Source: Eledone cirrhosa (Eukaryota). From it: DNA of 64,000 nt. The stretch spans positions 72,292,001 to 72,356,000 of the forward strand of contig OZ024746.1 in the NCBI GenBank assembly GCA_964016885.1, in the 5' to 3' direction. Position 1 is the first letter of the stretch, and each line of letters opens with the position of its first letter. This document shows, piece after piece, positions 28,833-42,842 of this stretch. Under the pieces are notes generated by a model, which was not told the DNA's origin, did no database searches, and worked only from the letters and a program-made list of their open reading frames with translations. Both the position numbers and the translations under genes were made by a program.

Positions 28833-28981
28833 CACACACACGGGTGTGTATGATTGTGTATAGAAGATTATATTAATAAAAAGAATTCCAACTTTGTCTG
28901 ATTTACTCGTTTTATTTACAGTCCTTTAAAATTATATTATAATGAAATAGTATGGTTGAATATTAAGTGTTAAATGTTAAT

Positions 28982-29020
28982 TGAACAAGTACTTTCATGC
29001 TTTCGCAATCTTCAGGTTCA
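28982..29020 (-). ncRNA. Minimal type I hammerhead (sense to host gene)
   Basis: Exact reverse complement of 29063-29101. Confidence 0.8.
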
Positions 29021-29062
29021 TATTCAGTGGTGACAGGCAAACTTGACTGTCGCCACTGAATA

Positions 29063-29101
29063 TGAACCTGAAGATTGCGAAAGCATGAAAGTACTTGTTC
29101 A
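29063..29101 (+). ncRNA. Minimal type I hammerhead
   Basis: TGAAC-CTGAAGA-tTGC(GAAA)GCAt-GAAA-GTAC-TT^GTTCA; palindromic AAGTACTT. Confidence 0.82.
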
Positions 29102-29458
29102 ATTAACATTTAACACTTAATATTCTACCATACTATTTTTCATTATAATATCATTATAATTTTAAAGGATTGTAAATAAAACGAGTAAATCAGACAAAGT
29201 TGGAATTCTTTTTATGAATATATGTATAAATATATATATGGCTGTATGGTTAAGTAGCTGGCTTTGTAACCAATTGTTTATTTCATGTAACGTATTGGTT
29301 CAACAGAAAAGAGATTGATGATATAAGTACTAGTCTTGAAATAATAAATACTGAGGTTGATATTGTCTACTAAACGCTTTCCACGCAATGCCTCAGCATG
29401 GCCACAATAAAAGAATAAATACAAACAAAATTTCAAAAATTAGAATATGTTCTCTTAC

Positions 29459-29600
29459 TTGTGTAATCATGCCACTCGATAAGGTCCTTCCATGTTTCGA
29501 AATCAACTCGCGAGAAAAAGAGGAAATTGTAAAATTTTTTGTCGACAGTCGTTATTAGAGTTAACCTTTTACGAGGGACCAGGAGAACAAGACTGGCTTC
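29459..29600 (-). CDS. Exon 12, PH end (EASLVLLVP...YNFLFFSRVDFETWKDLI)
   Basis: ctttag acceptor, GTAAGA donor, 142 nt phase 0->1; has the PH C-terminal Trp helix like BCR SYTFLISSDYERAEWRENI. Confidence 0.9.
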
Positions 29601-30365
29601 CTAAAGTTAGAAACAATATGGTGGATTGTTAAATAAATTGAATGATTGAATGTCAGTAAAATAAATTGGGAAAGAGCCGATCGTCAAATTGGCACATGGA
29701 AAATATGCTTTTAGTGAGCCGGATAAAAAAATTCCTCGTAGTATCTGTTCCGGTTTTCTGCGCTTTGAGTTCAGAGACCCGCTGAAATCAACTTTCGTGG
29801 TCGATAAATAAAGTACCAGTCTAGGCTGGTGGATTAGCGAAATTGTTAGAGCATTGGACGAAATGATTTGTGATATCTCTTTCGTAACTTTACGTTTTGA
29901 GTTCACCTTCGACGACATTGGTGTCAAGCTATACAGGACTGCATTGGTGGTGTGGACAGGAGAGGCTGGAACACATAGGCTACTGTCGGTCTTCCATAAA
30001 CACCTTGCCTAGAATTTGCCCATCGAAGGGAAATTTCTAGGTGCATGGCACATAATTAATCACGATTGGTAGAAGTCTATTATACACATTTACGTGACTA
30101 CCCTTTGCTCCTCCATAATTTTACTCACTCAAGCATCATTCACATGCAATTTACGCACGTCACGCAACCTAGAACGACTCATAGAGTACAAACCTCAAAA
30201 GCATTCTCAGACGGTCTCGTATTGGCATGCCGTTACAGTAAGGAACCATACCAATGGTCCTTATTGTACTGCACAAAACATAACACAAGACTAGATTGGA
30301 AAACCTCAATAACGAATTCAGTTACCTTTAATTAAAAATACAAGCGTTTCTAAATCAATATTTAC

Positions 30366-30416
30366 CAGTTTATGGAGACGTCGTCGAGAGCAGTCTGACT
30401 TCCATCTGTTTATATC
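30366..30416 (-). CDS. Exon 11 (DINRWKSDCSRRRLHKL)
   Basis: ttttcag acceptor, CTG/GTAAAT donor, 51 nt phase 0-0. Confidence 0.7.
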
Positions 30417-30440
30417 CTGAAAAGTGTATCATTATCAGAT

Positions 30441-30962
<522 letters not shown>

Positions 30963-31170
30963 GAGTTTAATAAAGAAATAGCTTCTACAAGACTAGACCT
31001 GTCTCATTCAAAGTGCATCATGATTTCTTTTGAATGAAACAGTTCTAGTCCTGTAGAAGCCATTTCTATATTAAACTTGATGTTTACACTCTACTAATGT
31101 ATTGAGTACCTTACTAACTCTGGTTACTCCGATTGAACCCGGTACTCACAGATACACACAAATATATATA

Positions 31171-31261
<91 letters not shown>

Positions 31262-31284
31262 CGTATATATATATACGTATATAC

Positions 31285-31376
<92 letters not shown>

Positions 31377-31400
31377 GTATATATATATATACGTATATAC

Positions 31401-31476
<76 letters not shown>

Positions 31477-31492
31477 ATATATACGTATATAC

Positions 31493-31721
<229 letters not shown>

Positions 31722-31834
31722 CCTGATGTAAATCGGGAAGTGACCACTGTGAAAAAAAGTACTCTACTCGATACTTTAGTAAAGTATAGGCGTGTTCATT
31801 TTATTATATAAATGACTTCTACAGGACTAGAGTT

Positions 31835-32813
31835 ATATCATTCTTATCGGCTGATATTTGCAGACGACATGGTGCTATCTCGTCTGAGGTGATTTCTGGA
31901 TTGTACTGGATAGGTTTGCTGCAAAGTGTTGCTCAGCTTGAATGAAAATCAGTGCTGCGAAGATTCAGATATTCGTCCTCTCGAAGGAACCCCTGCAGTG
32001 CGTTTTGAGTTAAAGTGTAGTATGTGGAGAAGTCCAAGTATCTCAGGGTCGTTTTCTCATGCGAAGCTGATGTAATAATGCGCCAGCTTCAGCACTCGGT
32101 CATCAAAAGAAATGGGATATGTGAAAAAGCCAAGCTCGTCCACCACAATTTGGAATTTGTGTCAACCCTTACCTATGGTCATGAAGCTTGGGTAGTGGCT
32201 GAAAGAATATGATCGCGAATGAAAATAGCCAAAATGAGGTTCTTCCGAGGGGTCTCTGGCTTAATGTTACTTGATTGGGTACGTAACTAAGAAATCTGGG
32301 AGTCGCTCCAGGTCGAGCTGCTCTTTACCTTTCCATATCGAAATATCACAGCTCTGGTACTACTGACGCATAGTCAGAATATCTAAGGTAAGAATAGATA
32401 GACAGATTTTACGAGCAAAGCCAACAAGCTGGCGACCCAGAGGTAGACCACGAACCAGATGATTGGATAACATCCATAAGCTCGGTTGATCTCGCTTGGG
32501 AATCCAGCAAGATCAACTGATAGTACCTTCTGATAGTACCTTCTGGAAGGAGTGTCAAAGGACTTTGCTCCCACAACCCTGGACGAAGAAGAAGAAGAAG
32601 AAGAAGAAGAAGAAGAAGAAGAAGAAGAAGAAGAAGAAGAAGAAGAAGAAGAAGAAGAAGAAGAAGAAGAAGAAGAAGAAGAAGAAGAAGAAGAAGAAGA
32701 AGAAGAAGAAGAAGAAGAAGAAGAAGAAGAAGAAGAAGAAGAAGAAGAAGAAGAAGAAGAAGAAGAAGAAGAAGAAGAAGAAGAAGAAGAAGAAGAAGAA
32801 GAAGAAGAAGAAG
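31835..32813 (+). mobile_element. Degenerate RTE-type LINE fragment with expanded (GAA)n tail
   Basis: LIFADDMVL, KYLRVVF, LTYGHEAW, RPRGRPRTRW; (GAA)n at 32585-32813. Confidence 0.8.
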
Positions 32814-32975
32814 ATATAGCTATATTCCTATTACCCAGGTACTTTTTATCTTCCTTAACAATCTCATTCCATTTCTCTTCACAACATTCATTACTAGCTC
32901 TATTTCCACCATCTTCTGCATCATACACAACTAAATACAACTTCTAAAATAAAGAATTACATTATGGTAACTTAC

Positions 32976-33082
32976 ACAGCATTTGTCGGCTGGCATCTCC
33001 ATTTTCTCAATACGGGTTTGGCATTTTTTTATTGATTTCTTTATGCTCTCAATGTCATTTTTCAATTCAGCGTCAAGCTCAT
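32976..33082 (-). CDS. Exon 10, PH helical insert (DELDAELKNDIESIKKSIKK...DKCC)
   Basis: ttcacag acceptor, GTAAGT donor, 107 nt phase 1->0. Confidence 0.82.
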
Positions 33083-33109
33083 CTGTGAAAATTACACATA
33101 CACGTGTAA

Positions 33110-33420
33110 TAGTAACGTGCGCGAAAGACGAAGCATAAACGAACTAAGAGGGAGACTAAGCATAAGAAGTATCAAATCATGTGTTCTGGAGAGGAGATTG
33201 CGTTGGTATGGACATGTGATGCGTATGGAGGACGACATCTGTATAAAAAAAAGTGCAGGGCAATGTAAATTGATGGAAGCTGCGGAATGGGTAAACCAAG
33301 AAAAACCTGGGACGAGGTGATAAAAACTGACCTTGCCAACCTACACCTCTGTAAGACAATGACACTGGATCGAGACCTTTGGTGCCATGCAGTTGTACAG
33401 ATGACCCGACTACCATTGCA
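33110..33420 (+). mobile_element. RTE-like LINE 3' fragment
   Basis: ERRLRWYGHVMRME...KPRKTWDEVI. Confidence 0.72.
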
Positions 33421-33477
33421 TACAAACCTACAGTCAGGTGGCACCTCTTAACTCAATGTACACCTCACCGCTACACC

Positions 33478-33752
33478 CTACCCCACCCTCCCTCTCCTGT
33501 TCCGTCCACTGTGTCGATGACACAACAGTCCACACTGTAAGGTGGCCGTGTAGGAGACACGGTGAAAAGGCTCCCAGTCAACACTGTAAATGTGGTTGGT
33601 GTTAGGAAGGGCATCCAGCTGTAAAAAAAATCCTACCAGAGACGCTTCCGAGCGAGCGAAACATGGTCTGCCGACCATTCCCGCATCAAGTGGAACAGAA
33701 CAAAACCGTCTAACCCATGCTAGCGTGCAAGATGGACGTTAAACGATGATGA

Positions 33753-33756
<4 letters not shown>
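33478..33756 (+). mobile_element. Second SINE-like family with (GAT)n tail; copy at 41627-41893 (-)
   Basis: Shared AGGAAGGGCATCCAGCTGTAAAA motif; the two copies align over ~270 bp. Confidence 0.72.
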
Positions 33757-33842
<86 letters not shown>

Positions 33843-34317
33843 GTATGTATATGCGCGGGGGACATAGAAATAGTCGAGCTGGATACCCGATCGCGCGGTT
33901 AAACCACTGGAAGTGAAGGACTCCTAGCCTTTGTCAGGGCATTCTTCTAGGAGAAGACAACTCAGGAAACTGGGATAACTCTGACATAAAACCTGCGGCT
34001 CAGTTACCGATGATGTTGATCTTTTCTTCTTTTCGGATTATAGCTACTGTCGTTCAGAAAGTGGGATTGGCTCAGTGCACAGTCTTTCCTCACTTAAAAA
34101 AAAATCTTCATGCATAGGCATTATACGATAGAATTAATTAATAATTATTTATAATGTTATATCGTCCAATGGCCATACTCGATAATGAGGGGGCAGCCAT
34201 CATGTATATATATATATATATATAACAAAGGAATTGTGGTAAGGAACCAGATGGACCATAACGCACCAGAGTACTCAATACTTAGAGTAGTAGAGTGGGA
34301 AATAGGAAAAAGTATAA

Positions 34318-34411
34318 CCCCGACGGCAGAGCTCAAGCCGTTTCGACGGCTATTTCTGGACTAAATTAGAATTTTTAGCCTGGTGAATAAATAGCCGAAC
34401 TTTTCAAGGGG
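34318..34411 (-). ncRNA. Type I hammerhead, U3-A8 core, long helices II and III
   Basis: Minus strand: CCCC-TTGAAAA-G..CGGCTATTT...AAATAGCCG.C-GAAA-CGGC(TTGAGCTCT)GCCG-TC^GGGG. Confidence 0.75.
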
Positions 34412-35978
34412 GTACTTCCTTATATGGGAAGATTGTAGTTGTCAAGAGGATTGGTTAAAATTTGTTGTAAACACAAATAAGTCTATCACGGCATTTGGTG
34501 GGAGGTAGGGGTGGCTGAACTTGCCTGTAGAACAATAGGGGAGTGAGTGGAGCGGTCAAGCGTTGAAAGTGATAAGTATACAGCAGATTCTAAGGCTAGT
34601 GTATGAAGTGGAGGAGGGAGGTAATAGAAAAGGTAAATCGAATGAGAGTAGAAGACAATAAAAGATAATAGAAAGAAAGAAAAAAAATATATAAAATTAG
34701 ATAGTGAGAAATGAATAAAAAAAATCGCAATGCTATCTTACAATTACAGGTTAATAAGTTGAGAATAGAAAAAACTTGTAGGAATTGAGTAGTACCAGAA
34801 CTGATACAGAATTAAAGGGGTTTAACACGTCTGCTATAAGTAGTTAGAAAAACGTATTCGGCCAATTCTATCTTAAAATTACAGGGGTGGGGGAACTGAT
34901 GCTACAGAAGCCCGATGCTACGACCCTCTACCGATACTGCCAATCCACCGCCAAATAATTGTTTCTACTTTAGGCACAAGGCCAGCAAGTACCCAGTACA
35001 TTACTGGTACTTTATTTTATCGACCCCGTAAGGATGAAAGGCAAAGTTAACCTCGGCGGGATTTGAACTCAGATTGTAAAGGGACGTAACTATGCTAGAA
35101 AGCATGGCGTCCAACCCTCTACCTATACTGCCAATTCACCACCGTGTTAAAGAAAATAATGAGATTTCATTCATCAAAACTTTTTCTAGAGTCTATTTGA
35201 AACTTCTTATAGGGCTGTTTTCTTGTATGTAACATATCTTGTAGTTGCAATATCATTTCATACTTTGTTTCTCTATTTACTTCCTTCGCTTTCTCTATCT
35301 CTGTTTCTTTCTCTACTCGTTCATGCATTGTTAACTTATTTAGTTCCATTTTGGCTTTCCACGCGCTATTCAATTCCACTTGGGCTGATTTTCTCTCAAA
35401 TTCTCTTTATTTTCCGTCACATTCCATCGGACTGGAGACGGTAACCCATGACGACCACCGTTACCACAGATTGACAGACAAACAAAGATATAAACAAATG
35501 TATACACATCAACGTGTAACGAAAACCAATTCCTGAGTCTAAGGAATGCACATGTTTAAGTTCATAGGAGACAAACAGACAAACAAACCACCTATTTTAT
35601 ATAGAGAGCTATAGATATATTTCCTAACATCGTATATATATATATATATATAAACATGAGAAGAAAGAAGAATACTGCGTGGTTGCACATAGGTTACATA
35701 TATATATATAGTCACTACTTTAAATCTGATAGCGTATGGTCTTCTAAATGTTTTTAATCAAACATACGGTATATTACCAAATATACTATACATACATTCA
35801 TGTATACATCGCTATTTAAGAGAACCAATCCTAAGACCTAATTTGTTCTGCACCGGCAATCGTTCTGTATAATCAGCTCCTGCACCGGCAATCGCTCTGT
35901 ATAATCAGTTCCTGATTATTACTGGAATTTTATAAGAATCCAGCTTCTATAATTTTCGGCGAAAGCAGGGGAGTACGT

Positions 35979-36020
35979 GGCTCTGGTGAACGCCAACCAG
36001 CATGAAACAGACTGTCAGCT
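35979..36020 (+). ncRNA. Hammerhead, family A, A6G variant
   Basis: GGCT-CTGGTGA-ACGC..GCAT-GAAA-CAGACTG-TC^AGCT, with a long outer stem. Confidence 0.6.
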
Positions 36021-36381
36021 TCTCCCCCTTCTTTCGCCGAAAAGAAGTAAGTGACATAGTCACTACTTTAAAACTGATAGCGTATGGTCTTCTAAATGTT
36101 TTTAATTAAACATACTGTATATTGCCAAATATACTATACATACATATATATATATATATATATATTTTAATATAGATGAGATTCTACAGGACTAGAACTG
36201 TTTCATTCTTTAGAAATCATCAGGGATTCCTGATGATTTCTAAAGAATGAAACAGTTCTAGTCCTGTAGAATCTCATCTATATTAAAACTTTTATACTCT
36301 GCTATGTATTGAGTACCTTACTTACTGTGGTTACCTCCGATTCAACCCGGAATAACGTATATATATACATATTAATATATA

Positions 36382-36437
<56 letters not shown>

Positions 36438-36438
36438 A

Positions 36439-36497
<59 letters not shown>

Positions 36498-36557
36498 CAT
36501 ACTAGATATTGGGATAATCGTTTAGTATTGTCTTACGTTCTAATTACTAAATTTTAC

Positions 36558-36628
36558 CTGTTGATTCTTCCAAATTTACCATACACGGGCCCAATCGGAT
36601 GATGGCCTTCTTATCGTATACGACATTG
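36558..36628 (-). CDS. Exon 9, PH ([23 protein letters not shown])
   Basis: ttacag acceptor, CAG/GTAAAA donor, 71 nt phase 2->1. Confidence 0.82.
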
Positions 36629-36799
36629 CTGTAATGAGAAACATTATAATCTAGATTAGTTTTGATGCCTGTTGTTACGGTGGCGGCGGTGGTGGTGGTG
36701 GTGGTGGTGGTGGTAGTGGTTTTTGTGGTGGTGATGGTGGTGATGATGATGATGTTGGTGTGGTGTGTAGTGATAGTAATATGATTGCAGTAAACTTAC

Positions 36800-36918
36800 T
36801 TGGCCTTCACCTTCAGTTTAGTGATGATAAGATTTTTCGGAAATAAAAAAAGAAATCGCAGCTTCCGTTTATTTTTAACCTCTTCCACGACATAACCTGA
36901 TTTGACAAGCTGCAACTT
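36800..36918 (-). CDS. Exon 8, PH start (KLQLVKSGYVVEEVKNKRKLRFLFLFPKNLIITKLKVKA)
   Basis: ctcag acceptor, GTAAGT donor, 119 nt phase 0->2; close to BCR [36 protein letters not shown]. Confidence 0.92.
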
Positions 36919-36977
36919 CTGAGTGGAGAGCAGAAAAAATACAATAAGCCAACAAAAATAACACTTGTATATTATCA

Positions 36978-37591
36978 TTTGGCAGTATCGGTAGAGGGTC
37001 GGACGCCATGCTTTCCAGCATAGTTACGTCCCTTTACGATCTGAGTTCAAATCCCGCCGAGGTTGACTTTGCCTTTCATCCTTACGGGGTCGATAAAACA
37101 AAGTACCAGTAATGGACTGGGTAATTGCTGGCCTTGTGCCTAAAGTAGAAACGATTATTATCATATCCCGTCGAGGTTAACTTTGCCTTTCATCCTTACG
37201 GGGTCGATAAAATAAAGTACCAGTAATGCACTGGATAATTGCTGGCCTTGTGCCTAAAGTAGAAACAATTATTATCATAGGTGGATTGGCAGTATCGGTA
37301 GATGGTCGGACGCCATGTTTTGCAGCATAGAGTTACGTCCCTTTACGGTCTGAGTTCAAAACCTGCCGAGGTTAACTTTGTTTTTCATCCTTACGGGGGT
37401 CGATTAAATAAAGTACCATAATGCACTGGGATAATTGCTGTGCCAAAAATAGAAACAATTATTATCATTCGTCTTGCCTTTCATAATTACGGGATCGATA
37501 AATAAAGCACCAGTAATGCACTTGGGTCGATTTAATCGACTTTCCCCTCCCCTCCAAATTGCTGGCCTTGTACCTATAGTAGAAATCATTA

Positions 37592-37592
<1 letters not shown>
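36978..37592 (+). mobile_element. Head-to-tail cluster of the same SINE
   Basis: Four successive cores at ~37070, 37185, 37380, 37475. Confidence 0.85.
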
Positions 37593-37623
<31 letters not shown>

Positions 37624-37624
37624 G

Positions 37625-38685
37625 GTGGAGGGGAAGAGCGACGACGTACTTGGGGAAACTCTAGGCCTCGACGAAAATCAACTAGCCAATCTCTTTGGAA
37701 GGACTTTCGGGCCGGGGCCTATGGACAACTTCCAGAAATCCCTGGCCTGGCAGTGCTACCGAGGAGCTTTGCCAGTTCGGGATAAACTCTACAGGCATGG
37801 AGGTGCCGTCAGCCGAGCATGTCCGAGATGCGCGCAAGGCGGCGAAACCGTCCTGCATGCACTCGTCCAGTGTCCGAGCATTGCTAACTTGTGGGTTTAT
37901 GTCGAACACCTGCTGTCGCGTGTAGAACGGATCCGACTATCAGCTAAGTCCATCGTGAGGATTGCCCCGCCCTCTTCCTTTAGCCGGGAAGGGCAGGCAG
38001 TTTTTATCTGTCTGGTGGCCATGGCGAAAGAGATAGTATGGTGGACGCGCCTGAAAGAGCTAAAGACGAGCACTTACCTCTTCGGTGATGCCCTGATTAA
38101 CTTTTTCCAATTTCATTTGAAAAGGAAAATCAGGGTAGAGAGGAAGGTGCTCTCTTCCCAGCTTTTTGTTGAAAGATGGGTGAGAGGGGCAAGAATGGCC
38201 CGAGTGAATGGGCCTACTCTGAGTATATGCCTGTAAATTGAAGGTGGAAAACTGGGAGAGGACACTTTCCCTGGTGGTCAGGGTCACCGTGGCTTTTTTT
38301 AATGGCCCTCGGAAGTCTCCCTCCTATTGGGGAATTTTTCATTGTTCTTTTATTACATCCTCTGCTTTGGGGGTTTTTTTACACGCAGAAATGCCCATTT
38401 GTACCGTCCTGTATTGTCCTGTACTGTCCTTAATGTCTACTTTGTGTAAACCCTTGTGGTTAATAAAGAAAGCATTATTATTATTATTACTATTATTATT
38501 ATTATTATTTTTCATTGTTTCAATTTTCATTTTTATTGTTTATATATATATATATATGTTTCTGTCTTTTTTTTCTTTTCTTATATAAATAATAAAAATA
38601 TTTACACGCACAAAACCCACATCGTACCGTCCTGTGCCGTCTGTAATGTTTTTTCTTGATGTCAGCCCTTGTGGCCAATAAAGAA

Positions 38686-38690
<5 letters not shown>
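37625..38690 (+). mobile_element. L1/Tx1-type LINE 3' fragment
   Basis: 204-aa ORF with CPRC..ETVLHALVQC finger, then 3'UTR, AATAAA and (TTA)n; 3' end repeated at 38610-38690. Confidence 0.82.
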
Positions 38691-38736
<46 letters not shown>

Positions 38737-39123
38737 GGTTTGTACAGGCATATTATTGCAAGCTCTGGTAAGTTTGTTGTTTTTCTCATATTTAAATCGT
38801 TGTTTGTTATGATTTTTGTTGCAGGGGAGACATGAGGTATCAATATTTGCCTTGAAGAAGGGAAACTCTATGTTTGATTTTTTTACGCCTAACATTTACG
38901 CTAATAAACTTTTTTGTCAAAATGTGGCGGCATATCCTCCACATACAATAGCGAGAAAATCATGTCACGTGACAGCATCTCAGATTGGAAACCAAAGGTT
39001 AACAATAGCGTCACCACCACCACTGTAGACATCACTGAAGGCAAATGTGCATGCAAATGGCTAAACGTTACAATACACATATATAATCTATAAAACGCAT
39101 TTTCAAAAAACTTTTTAACTTAC

Positions 39124-39228
39124 TTCATTATTTAAGAAGCCGAAACTGGCATGCCTTCTCATGTGCATGCGGATTTCCAGCAACTCTCTGCAGTCCATGT
39201 TTTCAGAAGGTGTATATTTGGATAATTC
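39124..39228 (-). CDS. Exon 7, end of DH (ELSKYTPSENMDC...FLNNE)
   Basis: ttgcag acceptor, GTAAGT donor, 105 nt; matches the DH motif (D/E)LLKHTP..HPD. Confidence 0.88.
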
Positions 39229-39597
39229 CTGCAAGTATAACGGTTTCGATTGCAGTTGAATCCTACTATTATACCATTCCGTGTATCTGCCTCGCATTAT
39301 TTCGCCATACGGGGTCGATAAAATAAAGTACCAGTAATGCACTGGGATAATTGCTGGCCTTGTGCCAAAAGTAGAAACAATTATTTCGCCATACTTGAAG
39401 GTGGTGAATTGGCAGTTTCGTTAGAGTGTCGGGAGCAAGATGTCTTGTGAATGTTGTTACATTCTGATTTCAAATCAACTGATGTGAACTTAGCCTTTCA
39501 TTCTTCAGGAGTGAATCTAATCTACTCACCCTTGTCCTAACCCCCTCAAAATTGCTTGTCTTGTGCCTAAATCAGAACCATTATTTTAATATCCCTG

Positions 39598-39783
39598 GGG
39601 CGGTTGATTGGCAGTATCGGTAGAGGGTCGGACGCCATGCTTTCCAGCATAGTTACGTCCCTTTACGATCTGAGTTCAAATCCCGCCGAGGTTGACTTTG
39701 CCTTTCATCCTTACGGGGTCGATAAAATAAAGTACCAGTAATGCACTGGGTAATTGCTGGCCTTGTGCCTAAAGTAGAAACAA
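39598..39783 (+). mobile_element. Young SINE copy with target-site duplication
   Basis: Flanked by direct repeat TTATTTTAATATCCCTG (39581-39597 and 39784-39800). Confidence 0.88.
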
Positions 39784-40467
39784 TTATTTTAATATCCCTG
39801 AAGACGGTAATTTGGCAGAATCGTTAACGCGTCAAAAGCAAAATGCACTTTGGATTTCATTTTTCTGGGGTCGATAAAATAATGTACCAGTCAAGTATTG
39901 AGATAGATATAATACTATAAACACACACACACATGCACACACACACACACCACGCGCGCGCAGACGCACACACACACACACACACAATGTGTTTTCAAGT
40001 TATCTCCGTAAAATGGCTCCTATCTTGCCCACTAGTCAGTTGAAATAAAACAAACATGATATGTGGATAACAGCTGTGGAATCAATAGATAACCGACATT
40101 CATGCGTTCGTATCAATCACAGATCGATAGATACGAAACATATACGATTTGTTATCAAATAAATGTGGATATAAGTCATACATTATGTCTTATCAAAGCT
40201 TCGTTAATAGTAAAACGAATGAACGTAGGCATTGCTGGGTGGTTATGATGCTTGCAGTCATGGAGTCTCTTGTTCGTTTCGAGATATTATTGTGAAGTAA
40301 ACTTCTTAACCATTCAGCCATGCCTGTGCCTCCAGACACATTATATATTGGATAAGAAACGGGATGATTACAAATGGAACTACTTGAGCAGAGTTGACTA
40401 AGGCTAATATAACAAAACAGGCACAACAAAGTAATTCATATGAAAGAATGTCTAAGGCCCTTTTTAC

Positions 40468-40520
40468 CTTTAAGCCGTAGTAAATCCTGCTCTGGGCAAC
40501 AATTGGACAATGTACCAAAT
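40468..40520 (-). CDS. Exon 6, DH CR3 region (DLVHCPIVAQSRIYYGLK)
   Basis: ttttcag acceptor, AAG/GTAAAA donor, 53 nt phase 1->0; aligns to BCR TLLYKPVDRVTRSTLVLH. Confidence 0.8.
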
Positions 40521-40793
40521 CTGAAAAGATAAGACAATAATGTAACGGAAAATAGTTGACGTGGAAGTAGTTGGCGGGGCAAGAGCTCGTAGTTGAATAG
40601 TATATACATACATAGAGAGAGAGGGGGGAGAGAAAAAGAGGGAGAGAGGGGGAAAGAAAAGGGGAGAGAGAGTCTACGGTGCTGAGACCGAAGAGAACAC
40701 AAATCATTTAGTACTCAATGCATAGGGTATAATCCCAACTGCGGCGTCAACCGGTTTCGGCTTGCTGAACACACAAGCCGAAACCGCTTGGTG

Positions 40794-40859
<66 letters not shown>

Positions 40860-40955
40860 CGAAGGAAATGTGGTAAGGAACCAGGTGGACCATAACGCAC
40901 CAAAGTACTCAATACTTAGGGTAGTAGAGTGGGTAATAGAAACCAGTTACTGGTT

Positions 40956-41010
<55 letters not shown>

Positions 41011-41424
41011 TAGTATTGATGCTCTGAAATATCGATGTATATATGAATGTGCGTATAGTATATTTTAATAATATACTGTATGTTTATTTAAAAACATTTA
41101 ATATAATTGTTTCTACTTTTGGCACAATGCCAGCAAATACCCAGTACATTACTGGTACTTTATTTTATCAACCGGTAAGGATGAAAGGCAAAGTTAACCT
41201 CGACGAGATTAACTTTTAATAATATAATAATATAATAATATAATAATATAATAATATAATATATGTTTATTTAAAAACACTATTTCAGAGCACCAATACT
41301 AATTTCTCATTTTTGCTAGGCCGGCAACCGCTCTGTAGGTTAATGAGTTTAAACAGCTCGTAAACATAGCTGGAATTCTATAAGAATCCAGCTTCTATAA
41401 CTCTCGGCAAAAGCGAAGGGTTAT

Positions 41425-41461
41425 GTAGTATTGACAAGTGAGAAACGGCACTGTCGGTTAC
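41425..41461 (+). ncRNA. Hammerhead, family A, U3-A8 core with helix II nearly absent
   Basis: GTAGTA-TTGACAA-GTGA-GAAA-CGGCACTG-TC^GGTTAC; homologous position to 7073. Confidence 0.55.
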
Positions 41462-41587
41462 TCTGCTTTGCTTGTGCCGAGACTAAGTATGTGACGTAGT
41501 CACTACTTTAAAATTCATAGCGAATGATCTTGAAAATGTTTTTAAATAAACATACAGTATATTGTTAAATATACTATATGCACATTC

Positions 41588-41627
<40 letters not shown>

Positions 41628-41907
41628 CATCATCATCATCATCATCACCATCGTTTTGACGGTTTTGTTCCATTTGATGCGGGAATGGTCGGCAGACCAT
41701 GTCTCGCTCGTACGGAAGTGTCTCTGTCAGGTTTTTTACAGCTGGATGCCCTTCCTAACACCAGCCACATTTACAGTGTGGACTGGGAACCTTTTTACCG
41801 TGTCTCCTACGCGGCCACCTTACAGTGTGGACTGTTGTGTCATCGACACAGTGGACGGAAAAGGGAGATGGGGTAGGATGTGTGGGGTGGGGTGTGCATT
41901 GGGTTAT

Positions 41908-42790
41908 GTTAATATGTATTTTGACAATCAAACGGAGATGGAGACAGGTGTTCAATCCTGGTAGCGTTTGTAATATGAAAATATAGATTTCAAGCGATGG
42001 TTACAGTATAACGATCGCTCTATTCTGTTATTTAATAAAATATTTTTGGATTTCAAAATACAAAATATTTCCATATTACACAATTTACAAAATTCCTGTC
42101 CTTGGAAATATGCAGGGGCAGTTACTATTATATCCCATTTTAGGTTAAATTGTTGGTTATTTTCGCGCAGCTGCCAAGCCTTTTGTCTGCGAGTGTTGTT
42201 ATATAACGCTGGTTTTCATGTTTTATCGAGTAACGATGTCTATAAAGGCGAGATTTGAAGATAAAAATATTTTATTAAATAACAGAATAGAGCGATCGTT
42301 ATACTGTAACCATCGCTTGAAATTTACATTTTCATATTACAAACGCTACCAGAACACCTGTCTCCGTCTCCGTTTGATTGTCAAAATACATATTAACATT
42401 CTCTATTACTCTTAATTCTATCAACTCTTCTATTCTTTACCATTTAATATAAACTGCTATAGATAAAATCGAGTAACGATGTCTATAAAGGCGAGATTTG
42501 AAGGAGGTAGCTGTAGACCCTACATAGTACCACTTCTGGCTACCCGATTCGATAGTACATTTGTATATGATGTTGCGTTCAAGACACTGATTGTTCAACG
42601 GACACATTCCTGGTTGGATACAGTTACAGTTATAATTATGCGTTGTTGTATTACCTCCTTCAAATCTCGCCTTTATAGACATCGTTACTCGATAAAACAT
42701 GAAAACCAGCGTTATGTAAAACAATCGCAGACAAGGCTTGGCAGCTGCGCGAAAATAACCAACAATTTAACCTAAAATGGGATACAATTT
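41908..42790 (-). mobile_element. Rearranged Penelope-like element 3' fragment (GIY-YIG endonuclease)
   Basis: CNC..CPL..QCLERNIIYKC...YYVGSTATSFKSRLYRHRYS, continuing KHEN...AWQLRE...LKWDII...CKLCNME...LLNNRIE...CNH; pieces duplicated in both orientations. Confidence 0.85.
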
Positions 42791-42799
42791 AACAAAGGA

Positions 42800-42842
42800 A
42801 CGCTGTACTAATTTCAAGCTTATTAGCTATCGTCAGCAACGT
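42800..42842 (-). ncRNA. Minimal type I hammerhead beside PLE fragment
   Basis: Minus strand: ACGTTG-CTGACGA-tAGCT..AGCTt-GAAA-TTAG-TA^CAGCGT; partial mirror copy at 43004-43046 has the ACTAGT palindrome. Confidence 0.75.

Noticed and set aside
32835-32915. Possible exon just downstream of exon 10
   Set aside because: Poor pyrimidine tract, no family similarity, adjacent to a LINE tail.
39598-39700. tRNA genes at SINE heads
   Set aside because: A/B-box-like motifs only, no cloverleaf, part of a multi-copy SINE.
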